59,372 nt of DNA from Patescibacteria group bacterium (lineage in GTDB: Bacteria > Patescibacteriota > Patescibacteriia > Patescibacteriales > UBA12075). The stretch is taken from the NCBI GenBank assembly GCA_018897195.1, contig JAHILH010000004.1:149678-209049 (forward strand). Direction: 5' to 3'. Both the position numbers and the translations under genes were made by a program. Shown here piece by piece: positions 37,032 through 45,980 of the stretch; the first letter of the stretch is position 1, and each line of letters starts with the position of its first letter. The notes below the pieces were generated by a model. It did not search any database. It had not been told where the DNA came from and saw only the letters and a list, made by a program, of their open reading frames with translations.

Positions 37032-38132
37032 ATGAAGAGATTTCAAACTCGGTTTAAAAATAAAAAAGTAATTTTAGCCCTGGGTGCTGATTCGTCTGGT
37101 GGTTTTGCAGTTTTTCAGAATGAGCAGGTTTATTATCAGGCTGGATTTGGAGATTTATTGAACGACGATAACTTTGTTAAATATAGTAATAGTATAACCG
37201 CATATTTGAGAAAAAACAAATTAAAACCAGAATTAATTTTAGTTGATCTGCATCCCTTATTTAGATCTATTAAACTTGGAGAAAAATTAGCCGTGAAACA
37301 TCAAGCGAGGTTAGTTAAAGTTCAGCACCACATAGCTCATATTTTTTCCGCTTATGGTGAGTATCTTCTTGATCACAAAGAAGAAAAAGAGTTTATAGGT
37401 ATGGCTTGCGATGGAACTGGGTTTGGTTTTGATGAGAAAATTTGGGGTGGTGAGGTTTTTCAATTAAAAATTAAAAATTACGAATTACAATTTGATCGAA
37501 TTGCGCATTTAGAAAATCAGCTTTTAATCGGCGGAGAGATGGCTGTTATTGAACCAACACGAGCTTTGATTGCAATTTTAAATAATTTTTTAAGTAAAGC
37601 TGAAGTATTTAAGTCGGTTAAAAAATATTATTCTCGCAATGAATTTGAATTACTATTTAATCAACTGCAAGAACGATTTAATTGCGTGGAAACATCGAGC
37701 ACAGGGCGGGTTTTGGACGCAGTGGCGGTGTTGTTGGGCTTTGTTGGTAATAAAAGTAATTTTAAACACGAGCCGATAAGATTGTTGGAGGAAAACTCAA
37801 CTGTGCCTTTTGATATTGATCCGGAAATATTTTTTGATAAAAACGAACAGATGTTTGTTGTGAAGACAACGCCACTGTTTCAATATTTAATCAAAAATAT
37901 ACAGCAAGATAAAAAAAGGCTAGCGGCTACGGCGCAACTTTATTTAGCCAAGGGTTTATTTGCAGTGGCTAAACAGGAGAAGAAAAAAATTTTCTTCGCC
38001 GGTGGTATGGCGGATAATAAAATTATGTCTGAGTATCTAGAAACTAATGATGTGTTCGTGAATAAACAGGTTTCGCGTGGCGACGAAGGTTTGTCGTGGG
38101 GACAAATTTGCTATTATTTGTTGAATGATTAG
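37032..38132 (+). CDS. hypF: HypF-like protein consisting only of the C-terminal Kae1-like domain
   Basis: ALGADSSGGF...GDL...DLHP...VQHHIAH...CDGTGFG.DEKIWGGE matches the HypF C-terminal domain. At 366 aa, the acylphosphatase, Zn-finger and YrdC-like domains are absent. Confidence 0.7.
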   Translation: MKRFQTRFKNKKVILALGADSSGGFAVFQNEQVYYQAGFGDLLNDDNFVKYSNSITAYLRKNKLKPELILVDLHPLFRSIKLGEKLAVKHQARLVKVQHHIAHIFSAYGEYLLDHKEEKEFIGMACDGTGFGFDEKIWGGEVFQLKIKNYELQFDRIAHLENQLLIGGEMAVIEPTRALIAILNNFLSKAEVFKSVKKYYSRNEFELLFNQLQERFNCVETSSTGRVLDAVAVLLGFVGNKSNFKHEPIRLLEENSTVPFDIDPEIFFDKNEQMFVVKTTPLFQYLIKNIQQDKKRLAATAQLYLAKGLFAVAKQEKKKIFFAGGMADNKIMSEYLETNDVFVNKQVSRGDEGLSWGQICYYLLND

Positions 38133-38186
38133 TATTTTTTTTATATTAAAATGGTCTTAAATATAAATAAGGGTTCGGTTTTATAA

Positions 38187-38215
38187 TTGACTTAAAGATG
38201 TAAAAGTGGTATATT
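38187..38215 (+). promoter_or_regulatory. Sigma70-type promoter (TTGACT-17 nt-TGgTATATT)
   Basis: TTGACTtaaagatgtaaaagTGgTATATT, upstream of the M23 peptidase gene. Confidence 0.5.
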
Positions 38216-38462
38216 AAGCGTAAGTTTTTATTTCTAAAATAATTTTATTAGTAATTATAATTTTAAAAGAAAAAATAATAAAAGTGGTTTTTCTCGGGCT
38301 TTATTAAATTTAGGCGCGACTTTTTTAGTTATTCTTTTAAAAACGAGTTTTTATTTAAAAAAAATATTTGTTTGGACTTTTTCGTCGTTTGCTTATAAAC
38401 CAGGCAGAATAATACTAAGATTCTTTTTTTATAAAGTAGTTGTTAAGTTTTATGGGACGTAT

Positions 38463-39710
38463 TTGTCGATATTAAATAAATTGGGCTGGAAAGGTTTGCG
38501 CGGTAATACCTTTAATTTTTTATTTAATCAAAAACTGGTCCATGCCCTAGTGGTGCTGTTAACGATTTTTTCCGTCTTTGTAAATATGACCTCTAGGACT
38601 AATGCTGAAAATCAGATTAATGATATGAGTGGGACTATTTTGTCTCAATTGGTTCAGGGTGAGTTTGAGAGTGCTCCAGAGGACCAACAGTTAATTGTGG
38701 AGACCTTTGACAGTGAGTCGTCAATCTCATCTGTGCATCAATCATATTTGGACAATCTCTCTAGTTTTAAACCACAAGCTCGAGTTTCGACTGAGCAAGA
38801 AGTTGACATTGATGAGATGACAACAGATGAAAACACTGGCAGTATTATTCGCAAAGATAGAGTCTCAACTAAGATTTCTAAAAAACCAAGAGAAAATATG
38901 ATTACCTACACGGTAAAAACAGGTGATACAATTAGTACTATTGCTGAAGAATTTGAAATTTCTGTAAGTACAATTTTATGGGAAAATAATTTGACTGCAT
39001 ATAGTATAATTCGGCCGGGTAATACTTTGGATATTTTACCTGTTTCGGGTATTAGTCATATAGTTAAAAAGGGAGAGAGTATTACACGACTTGCAGAAAA
39101 GTATAGCGTTACTGAAGATGAGATAATAGCCTTTAATAAATTGGATAGTTCTGGCAAATTAATCATGGATCAAAAAATAATTATACCAGGTGGTAGAAGA
39201 ATTAACGAACAATTAAATGCACCAGATGTGGCACCCAAGATAAAAACCTATAGCGGCTTGGCGGTAATTAAAGAATTTATTTCAAATTCCAATGAGGGGG
39301 GAAATTTGGTTAAAAATATTGCCAAAGATTTTAATGCTGTTCCGTTAAAGGGAAACAAGATGAATTGGCCAACGGTTGGTAATCGAATTACACAGTATTA
39401 TTCATGGAGTCATCATGCTATTGATATTGCAAATAAAATTGGCACGCCTCTTTATGCAGCCGATTCTGGTGTAGTTGAAGTGGCTGGGTGGGGAACAGGC
39501 TATGGTAATCAAATTGTTATTGACCACGGAGGAGGCAAGAAAACCAGATATGCGCATGCTTCAAAGTTTTATGTTAAAAAAGGTGATAAGGTAACTAAAG
39601 GACAAATAATTGCAGCGATGGGTTCCACTGGTTGGTCCACTGGCTCTCATATTCATTTTGAGGTGATTATTAATGGGATTAAATATAATCCTTTGAATTA
39701 TATTAAATAA
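38463..39710 (+). CDS. LysM-domain M23-family peptidoglycan metallopeptidase (the N-terminus is probably longer)
   Basis: Two LysM repeats (YTVKTGDTISTIA, HIVKKGESITRLA) and M23 motifs HHAIDI and GSTGWSTGSHIHFE. The frame stays open upstream to 38238 (see findings). Confidence 0.85.
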   Translation: MSILNKLGWKGLRGNTFNFLFNQKLVHALVVLLTIFSVFVNMTSRTNAENQINDMSGTILSQLVQGEFESAPEDQQLIVETFDSESSISSVHQSYLDNLSSFKPQARVSTEQEVDIDEMTTDENTGSIIRKDRVSTKISKKPRENMITYTVKTGDTISTIAEEFEISVSTILWENNLTAYSIIRPGNTLDILPVSGISHIVKKGESITRLAEKYSVTEDEIIAFNKLDSSGKLIMDQKIIIPGGRRINEQLNAPDVAPKIKTYSGLAVIKEFISNSNEGGNLVKNIAKDFNAVPLKGNKMNWPTVGNRITQYYSWSHHAIDIANKIGTPLYAADSGVVEVAGWGTGYGNQIVIDHGGGKKTRYAHASKFYVKKGDKVTKGQIIAAMGSTGWSTGSHIHFEVIINGIKYNPLNYIK

Positions 39711-39720
39711 ATATAAAAAT

Positions 39721-39969
39721 ATGCATTTTATTTTTGGTATTATTATTGGGGCAATTGGTTATACTTTTGTCGCAATGACGGAGTGGTATTTAAGTAATTT
39801 TGGCAGGATAGAGTTTTTTGACAAATATTTAGGCATGGAAGGTGGCTCTAGGCTTGGTTATAAATTAATTGGAATATTAGCGATATTTTTTGGAACTATT
39901 ATCTTTTTTGGCATGTGGGGTGGTTTTTTGGGCTGGCTACTTAGTCCTTTGATAAGACATCAAATTTAA
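39721..39969 (+). CDS. Small membrane protein
   Basis: 82 aa with three hydrophobic segments. Confidence 0.5.
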   Translation: MHFIFGIIIGAIGYTFVAMTEWYLSNFGRIEFFDKYLGMEGGSRLGYKLIGILAIFFGTIIFFGMWGGFLGWLLSPLIRHQI

Positions 39970-40106
39970 AATGATTGCCCGGTCTTGCAATTTTTTTTAA
40001 AATAGTATAAAGTATATTTATTGACCAAGAAGTATGTTTTAGGTCATTTTTGTTTTAAATTTTTGGGTTAAGATGAGTGCAATTAAATTTAAGACAATAT
40101 GTTTAA

Positions 40107-40180
40107 GGGCCCCTAGCTCAGCTGGCTAGAGCACCTGCTTTGCACGCAGGGGGTCAAGGGTTCGACTCCCTTGGGGTCCA
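40107..40180 (+). tRNA. tRNA-Ala (TGC)
   Basis: Acceptor GGGCCCC/GGGGTCC with the G3:U70 identity pair. Anticodon arm CCTGC-TTTGCAC-GCAGG. Confidence 0.9.
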
Positions 40181-40188
40181 CACGAAGA

Positions 40189-40217
40189 ATAACCATCAGA
40201 AATGATGGTTATTTTTT
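40189..40217 (+). terminator. Terminator after tRNA-Ala
   Basis: ATAACCATC-agaa-GATGGTTAT-TTTTT. Confidence 0.7.
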
Positions 40218-40290
40218 ATTTGACAATTTGCGTCACAAGGTTCATGTTCCCTGCAATGGTGATACATGGACTCGAATTGATAATAAAAAC

Positions 40291-40321
40291 AAAAAAGCTC
40301 TCTATAAATAGAGAGCTTTTT
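40291..40321. terminator. Bidirectional terminator after pnp
   Basis: AAAAAAGCTCTCTAT-aaa-TAGAGAGCTTTTT. Confidence 0.75.
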
Positions 40322-40340
40322 ATATTTGAGACTTTTGGAA

Positions 40341-42596
40341 TTATCGTCTTGGTGGTCGACTGTCTCCGCCGCGGCTATTATTATAACCGCCTGGACGTGG
40401 TCCACGCTCAGGAGCAGGACCGGTTTGCATACCCTTCTTATCTTTCCAGATATTTTCATTTTCCGGAAGTCCATTCATGGTAAGATTAACACGACCCTTG
40501 TCGTCAATTTCAGCGATGCGGACATAAACTTCGTCACCGATGTTTAACACATCACTAGGCTTGCCAACGCGGTAAGGAGCCATGTTGCTCACGTGTACCA
40601 TGCCGTCTCGACCGGGTGCTAATTCAACGAAAACACCGAAGTCCATAAAGCGAACTGCTTTACCTTTGAGAATTTCACCAACTTCAAATTCTCGAGTCAA
40701 ATCTTTGACCCAAGCCACTGCTCTTGTCATGCCGTCTGCATCAGTTGAACAAATCATCACTAAGCCATCATCGTCGATGTCAATTGATACACCAGTCTCT
40801 TCAATAATTTTGTTGATAATTTTTCCACCAGATCCAATAACGTCTCTGATTTTTTCAGGATTAATACGGAAGCTTTCAATTCTAGGAGCGTATTTAGATA
40901 GTTCTGCTCTTGGTGCTGCTAATGATTGTTTCATGATTTCTAAAATCTCCAAACGACCATTACGACCTTTTTTCAAAGCTTCTTTAATAATTTCACGAGT
41001 AATACCATTTGTCTTGGTGTCTAATTGAATAGCAGTAATACCATCTTCAGTTCCAGTTACCTTGAAATCCATACCACCCTTACCATCTTCTAAATCTTGG
41101 ATGTCAGTTAATACTTCCCATTCACTCATATCATCATTGGAAGCAAGACCGATAGCCAAACCAGCGACAGCCTTTTTAATTGGCACACCAGCATCCATTA
41201 AGGATAAACAAGCGGCTACAGTAGAAGCCATTGAACTAGAACCATTAGAGCCCATAGTTTCACTGACAACACGAATAGTGTAAGGGAAGTCTTCCTTTGA
41301 AGGAAGAACAGGCTCTAAAGCTTTTTCTGCTAAAGCGCCATGACCAATGTCTCTTCGTCCTGGACCACGCATAAAGCCAGTTTCACCAACAGAAAAAGGT
41401 GGGAAGTTGTAGTGATGCATAAATCTCTTTGTGCTCACACCCTCTAAACCCTCTAAGTGCTGAACTAATCCAGGCGCGCCTAGAGTAGTGACTGATAAGA
41501 CTTGAGTTTCACCACGAGAGAAAAGACCAGCACCATGATTTCTTGGCAGGATTTCGACATCTGCTTCGAGCGCTCTGATTTCGTCAATACGACGACCATC
41601 AACACGTCTTTTATTTTTGGTAATCTGTTTAGTAATTTCAGCATCAATAGCGGCCTCAACTGTTTTCTTGACGGCGAATGCACGGTGATCCTTGCCAATT
41701 CCTTCATTGAATAAATAATCATCAAGATCATGTTTGATAATTTCCACAGCTAACTTTCTTTCACCCTTGGTGTAATGTTCTTTATTAAATAAAGTTTTTT
41801 CAACGTTTTGTGCTAACCACGCGTTTGCTTTTACGATTAACGCTTCTTTTTCTTCACCAGATTTGATTTCATCATCAGAAATATTTTTAGCAAAAATTGT
41901 TTTTACCCTTGGTTGAATTGCGGCCTTAAATTCATTGATCAGTTTAATCGCACCTTGCATTTGTTCTTGACCTTGAATAATTGCCTCGTACATATCATCT
42001 TCATTAACTTCCTTGGCACCAGCTTCAATCATAATTGTTTTGTCAGCAGTACCGGCCACGATTAAATCTAAATCAGACTCTGCTCGTTCAAGGTAGGTTG
42101 GGTTAAAAATAAATTTACCATCAACGCGACCAACACGAATACCAGCGATTGGACCATCCCACTTTACACCTGACACTGAAAGAGCTGCCGAAGCTGCCAC
42201 TAGGGCAACGATATCAAAATCATTTTCACCATCAGCGGATAAGACAGTTAGAATTACTTGTGTGTCTTTTCGAGATACACCAGTAAACAAAGGTCTGATT
42301 GAACGATCAACCATACGACCGGAAAGAATTGCTTCATCAGTCGGACGACCTTCACGTTTAACCCAACGAGAGCCTTTGATAATGCCAGCGGCATAAAGCT
42401 TTTCTTCGAAGTCAACGCTCAAAGGAAAGTAATCTATTCCTTCACGGTCATTTTTTGATTCAACAACAGTGGCTAAAACCACAGTGTCACCGTATTGTAC
42501 AATAACAGCGGCATCAGCTTGTTGGGCAAGTTTGCCAGTCTTGAATGTTAGAGGACGACCAAGCCACTCTGTTGCAAAGATTTGTTCTTTGGACAT
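40341..42596 (-). CDS. pnp: Polyribonucleotide nucleotidyltransferase (PNPase)
   Basis: Two RNase PH domains plus KH and S1 domains. The likely start is the ATG at 42596 (MSKEQIFATEW). The C-terminal tail is Gly/Arg/Pro-rich. Confidence 0.95.
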   Translation of the reverse strand: MSKEQIFATEWLGRPLTFKTGKLAQQADAAVIVQYGDTVVLATVVESKNDREGIDYFPLSVDFEEKLYAAGIIKGSRWVKREGRPTDEAILSGRMVDRSIRPLFTGVSRKDTQVILTVLSADGENDFDIVALVAASAALSVSGVKWDGPIAGIRVGRVDGKFIFNPTYLERAESDLDLIVAGTADKTIMIEAGAKEVNEDDMYEAIIQGQEQMQGAIKLINEFKAAIQPRVKTIFAKNISDDEIKSGEEKEALIVKANAWLAQNVEKTLFNKEHYTKGERKLAVEIIKHDLDDYLFNEGIGKDHRAFAVKKTVEAAIDAEITKQITKNKRRVDGRRIDEIRALEADVEILPRNHGAGLFSRGETQVLSVTTLGAPGLVQHLEGLEGVSTKRFMHHYNFPPFSVGETGFMRGPGRRDIGHGALAEKALEPVLPSKEDFPYTIRVVSETMGSNGSSSMASTVAACLSLMDAGVPIKKAVAGLAIGLASNDDMSEWEVLTDIQDLEDGKGGMDFKVTGTEDGITAIQLDTKTNGITREIIKEALKKGRNGRLEILEIMKQSLAAPRAELSKYAPRIESFRINPEKIRDVIGSGGKIINKIIEETGVSIDIDDDGLVMICSTDADGMTRAVAWVKDLTREFEVGEILKGKAVRFMDFGVFVELAPGRDGMVHVSNMAPYRVGKPSDVLNIGDEVYVRIAEIDDKGRVNLTMNGLPENENIWKDKKGMQTGPAPERGPRPGGYNNSRGGDSRPPRR

Positions 42597-42744
42597 AATT
42601 TTGAATTCAAAATAAAAAGATTCGAAAAGAACCATTTTGTTTTGAATTATTTATACTTGGTCACGAGATTCAAGAACAGGTGAAGAGTTTCACGAGTGCT
42701 CACTATCTAGCGGCCAAGTAGTTTATTAAATTAAGTATCGGGTT

Positions 42745-42775
42745 GAGGAAAATGAATTCCCAACCATACAAAAAA
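42745..42775. repeat. 31-nt conserved intergenic motif, copy 1
   Basis: gaggaaaatgaattcccaaccatacaaaaaa. It matches 48058-48088 at 30/31 positions. Confidence 0.8.
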
Positions 42776-42841
42776 CTTACAGTTTTTATATTAAATACTT
42801 TTGAAAGAAGGCGAATTAATTCGCCTTCAATTAAAAATATT

Positions 42842-43339
42842 TTATCGCATTAAAAATCTTTTATCTTCACCAAGGTCTAAGTAGTCATCGGCCTCTTCAA
42901 TTAATTTTGAAGAAGTAGTTTTTTTGAAACCAACCACTTCAACAATACAACCCTTAGTGTTTTGAATGTAGGCAAGGAGTGGTAGATAATCACCGTCACC
43001 AGAAACAATAATAATAACATCAACCTTGTCGGCAATTTTAATCGCATCCATGGCAATCCCAACATCCCAATCACCCTTTTTGGCACCACCGGCAAAAACC
43101 TGCAAGTCTTTCATTTTTACCTCAAAGCCCTGTTGAGACAAAGCTTCAAAGAATGGCGTTTCTTCTTTGGTTTCCGTGTTAACGACATAGGCAGTAGCCC
43201 GAATTAGTTTACGTCCGGCAACCGCTTTTTTTAAAATCTCACCAAAATTTACTTTTTTCTTGTAAAGATTTTTGGCGGAATGATACATATTGGAGACGTC
43301 TACCAAGACGCCTACTCTTTGGTCTTTGTGTTTTATCAT
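42842..43339 (-). CDS. LabA-like NYN-domain (DUF88) protein
   Basis: VGVLVDVSNMYH...ATAYV...IIVSGDGDY pattern. It is located between rpsO and pnp. Confidence 0.7.
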   Translation of the reverse strand: MIKHKDQRVGVLVDVSNMYHSAKNLYKKKVNFGEILKKAVAGRKLIRATAYVVNTETKEETPFFEALSQQGFEVKMKDLQVFAGGAKKGDWDVGIAMDAIKIADKVDVIIIVSGDGDYLPLLAYIQNTKGCIVEVVGFKKTTSSKLIEEADDYLDLGEDKRFLMR

Positions 43340-43459
43340 GTGAGTGTAATGCTAATCCGCTAATTAATGCCAATCTGCGAATTGCGAATATTATTTGAGT
43401 ATTATTAGATTGTTTCATCGCTTCATAGTTTATGAAGCGATGTGATAATGTAATAATGT

Positions 43460-43843
43460 TTATTCTTCGTCCTTGTCTTTTACATCTTCTGTTTCTTCTT
43501 CCTCTTCTTCTACATCTTCTTTCATTACTTCTTCTAATTTTCTTTTTTCCTCTTCGTCGTCTTCAATCATTTTCTTAGCGATTTTCAATTTTAACTTGAT
43601 AGCTAAGTCTTTAAATTGTTCTTCGTTTTCTTTTTGTAAGTATTTAAGAAGTCTTCTTCTTTCGCCTACTTTCTTTAACAAACCTCTTCGTGAAGAGTGA
43701 TCATGCTTGTGTTCTTTTAAGTGGTCAGCTAATTGCTTGATTTCTTCAGTTAAAATAGCGATTTGTACTTGAGTAGAACCAGTGTCGTTCTTATGAACTT
43801 TGAATTTATTAATGATTTTCTGCTTGGTATTTTTGTCCAGCAT
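43460..43843 (-). CDS. rpsO: 30S ribosomal protein S15 with an acidic C-terminal extension
   Basis: S15 core ([27 protein letters not shown]) followed by about 40 Glu/Asp/Lys-rich residues. Confidence 0.9.
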   Translation of the reverse strand: MLDKNTKQKIINKFKVHKNDTGSTQVQIAILTEEIKQLADHLKEHKHDHSSRRGLLKKVGERRRLLKYLQKENEEQFKDLAIKLKLKIAKKMIEDDEEEKRKLEEVMKEDVEEEEEETEDVKDKDEE

Positions 43844-44136
43844 AGTTTTGCTCCCCGACCGAGAAAAGGATGTTTATCTCCTGAACCAAGAAAGGGTTTT
43901 TGTTAGAATTCGAAACATAAATTTCGAATAAATAAATAAAAACAAGAATTATTCTTGCTCGCTTATAATAACATTAATGCGTAAAAAAATCAAGGTTTAG
44001 AATTACCGTCTTTTTAATACAGTTTTTTGACATTATTTCTTTAATTTTAGCCATAATCACCAAATATTGACTTTTTCGTCATAATTTGTTAAATTATGTT
44101 CATTGCCAAGTGTTTGGCAATTTTTATTTTACATCC

Positions 44137-44208
44137 GCGCCTATAGTTCAGTGGATAGAACACCAGCCTTCTAAGCTGGTTACAGGAGTTCGATTCTCTT
44201 TGGGCGCA
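44137..44208 (+). tRNA. tRNA-Arg (TCT)
   Basis: Acceptor GCGCCTA/TGGGCGC. Anticodon arm CCAGC-CTTCTAA-GCTGG. Confidence 0.9.
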
Positions 44209-44262
44209 CATAATCAATTATTTGTTCAAAATACCTTTTTTGATGTATAATTGAGAATACAT

Positions 44263-44335
44263 GGTGGCTATGGTTTAACGGTTAGAACATTGGCTTGTGG
44301 TGCCAATTGAGAGGGTTCGATTCCCTCTAGCCACC
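44263..44335 (+). tRNA. tRNA-His (GTG)
   Basis: An extra 5' G (G-1) opposite C73. Anticodon arm TTGGC-TTGTGGT-GCCAA. Confidence 0.9.
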
Positions 44336-44343
44336 CAGATACT

Positions 44344-44371
44344 AAAAAACGAGCATTATTGCTCGTTTTTT
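44344..44371 (+). terminator. Terminator after the tRNA-Arg/tRNA-His pair
   Basis: AAAAAACGAGCA-tta-TTGCTCGTTTTTT. Confidence 0.75.
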
Positions 44372-44385
44372 GTTATAATAAAGTT

Positions 44386-45558
44386 ATGAAAAATATTATT
44401 GAAGATTGCTATCAGCAATCAATAGCTTTATTGCTTAAAAACTCATCTAAATACGGAATTTTAGCGTCTTCAAAAACAAAGAAAGCGGAGGAGAGAAATT
44501 ATTTAAGCATTTTTGGGCGGGATGCTTCGATTTGTTCATTTGGAATGATTTTGAGCGGGGATAAAAAATTAATCAAAGCCGCCGAGAATAGTGTTGAAAC
44601 GTTGGCGAAGTATCAAGCTAAAAACGGGCAGATCGCTTTTTATGTTAAGCCCGAAAAAAAGGAAGCAGATTTTTGGTTTACTGGTTGTATTGATTCAACG
44701 CTGTGGTGGTTGTTGGCGATTGATTTTTTAAAGACGCGCAACAGTTATGATACTAAAAAATTGCAAACCAAAATTGCCAAAGCAATTAACTGGTTGCAGT
44801 GCCAAGAACATCAAAAATTTTATTTATTGCAACAAAATGAAGCGAGTGATTGGGCAGATATTATGCCACGGTCCGGTTTTGTGCTTTATACGAACGCACT
44901 TTGGTATTGGGTGAAAAAAGTGTATAAGCTAGAAAAAACCGAAGAGACTAAAAAATATTTTAATTATGTTTTTGATAATGATCGCCAGGTTTCAAAAAAG
45001 GAGCTGGACTCTAATCCGCGCTTAGAAAAGTTTTTGAAATATATTAAAACCGATAAGGCAAATCCAACTTATTTAAGTTTTGTTAATCATTCATTTGCCG
45101 GGCACGAGGTTGATATTTTTGGAAACATTTTGGCGGGCATGGTTGGTGTCGCCGACGAAGGCAAGGTAAAGAAAATTATTAAATATTTAAAAGACAAAAA
45201 AGCTAATCAGCCCTATCCAGTCAAGACGGTTTTGCAACCGATTAAAAAGAAAGATAAGCTCTGGCGTGATTATATGTCGCACCTGGATCTTGATTTGCCA
45301 AATCAATATCACAACGGCGGAATCTGGCCCTTTATTGGTGGCTTTTGGTCAACATTTTTGGAGGGAGTTGGTGATAAAAAAAATGCCTTACTGGAGTTAG
45401 AAAAATTGGCTGAATTAAATAAGATTGGTGATTGGGGATTTAATGAGTGGTTTGATGGCAAACAAGCTAAGCCAATGGGGATGTCGGGACAATCATGGAA
45501 TGCGGCAATGTTTATTGTGGCTTATCATGTGATTATAAAAAAAGGAAAAAAGCTATAA
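44386..45558 (+). CDS. (alpha/alpha)6-barrel glycoside-hydrolase-like protein (amylo-alpha-1,6-glucosidase / neutral-invertase-like)
   Basis: IFGRDASI and CIDSTLWW motifs, with a C-terminal YHNGGIWPF. The start was set to the ATG at 44386, because the tracked TTG at 44359 lies inside the tRNA terminator. Confidence 0.55.
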   Translation: MKNIIEDCYQQSIALLLKNSSKYGILASSKTKKAEERNYLSIFGRDASICSFGMILSGDKKLIKAAENSVETLAKYQAKNGQIAFYVKPEKKEADFWFTGCIDSTLWWLLAIDFLKTRNSYDTKKLQTKIAKAINWLQCQEHQKFYLLQQNEASDWADIMPRSGFVLYTNALWYWVKKVYKLEKTEETKKYFNYVFDNDRQVSKKELDSNPRLEKFLKYIKTDKANPTYLSFVNHSFAGHEVDIFGNILAGMVGVADEGKVKKIIKYLKDKKANQPYPVKTVLQPIKKKDKLWRDYMSHLDLDLPNQYHNGGIWPFIGGFWSTFLEGVGDKKNALLELEKLAELNKIGDWGFNEWFDGKQAKPMGMSGQSWNAAMFIVAYHVIIKKGKKL

Positions 45559-45980
45559 AATGGCTAATAATAAAGAAACCAAACATTAAAAGTGTTATAC
45601 ATTTTGGTCTCATACGTACTATTAAGTAGAGGGGATATGAAAATATCGTCATGGAATATTAAAAGGAGTTTTAAAATGAGGATGAATAAATATATCTCCC
45701 ACACCATACAAAAAAGTATGGTGACTTCTTGTTTTGGGCTTAATTTATTTTTAAAATTCACGGCTACTTTAATAAATTATTTATTTGCGTTATTGTTGAG
45801 GTGAAAATAAAATTAATTTTTACTTAAACAAAAAAAAGAATTAAACATGTTTGGATTTACAAAAAGAGTGATTTTGAAAAAAATCACTCTTTTTGTAAAT
45901 AATTAAAATTAAAGTCGGATATGTTTTGTTTCCAATAAGTTTTGTGCTATAATATTAAAATAATAAATTAAATAAGGAGT

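Noticed and set aside
40196-40547. Three overlapping short ORFs (40196-40474 on the minus strand; 40202-40483 and 40326-40547 on the plus strand).
   Set aside because: They cover the tRNA-Ala terminator, the pnp terminator and the 3' end of pnp in wrong frames or antisense. PNPase explains the region.
43416-43442. The hairpin after rpsO could be an intrinsic terminator.
   Set aside because: It has a perfect 12-bp stem but no U-tract on the coding (minus) strand. It is more likely a processing or stability element, so it is not listed as a terminator.
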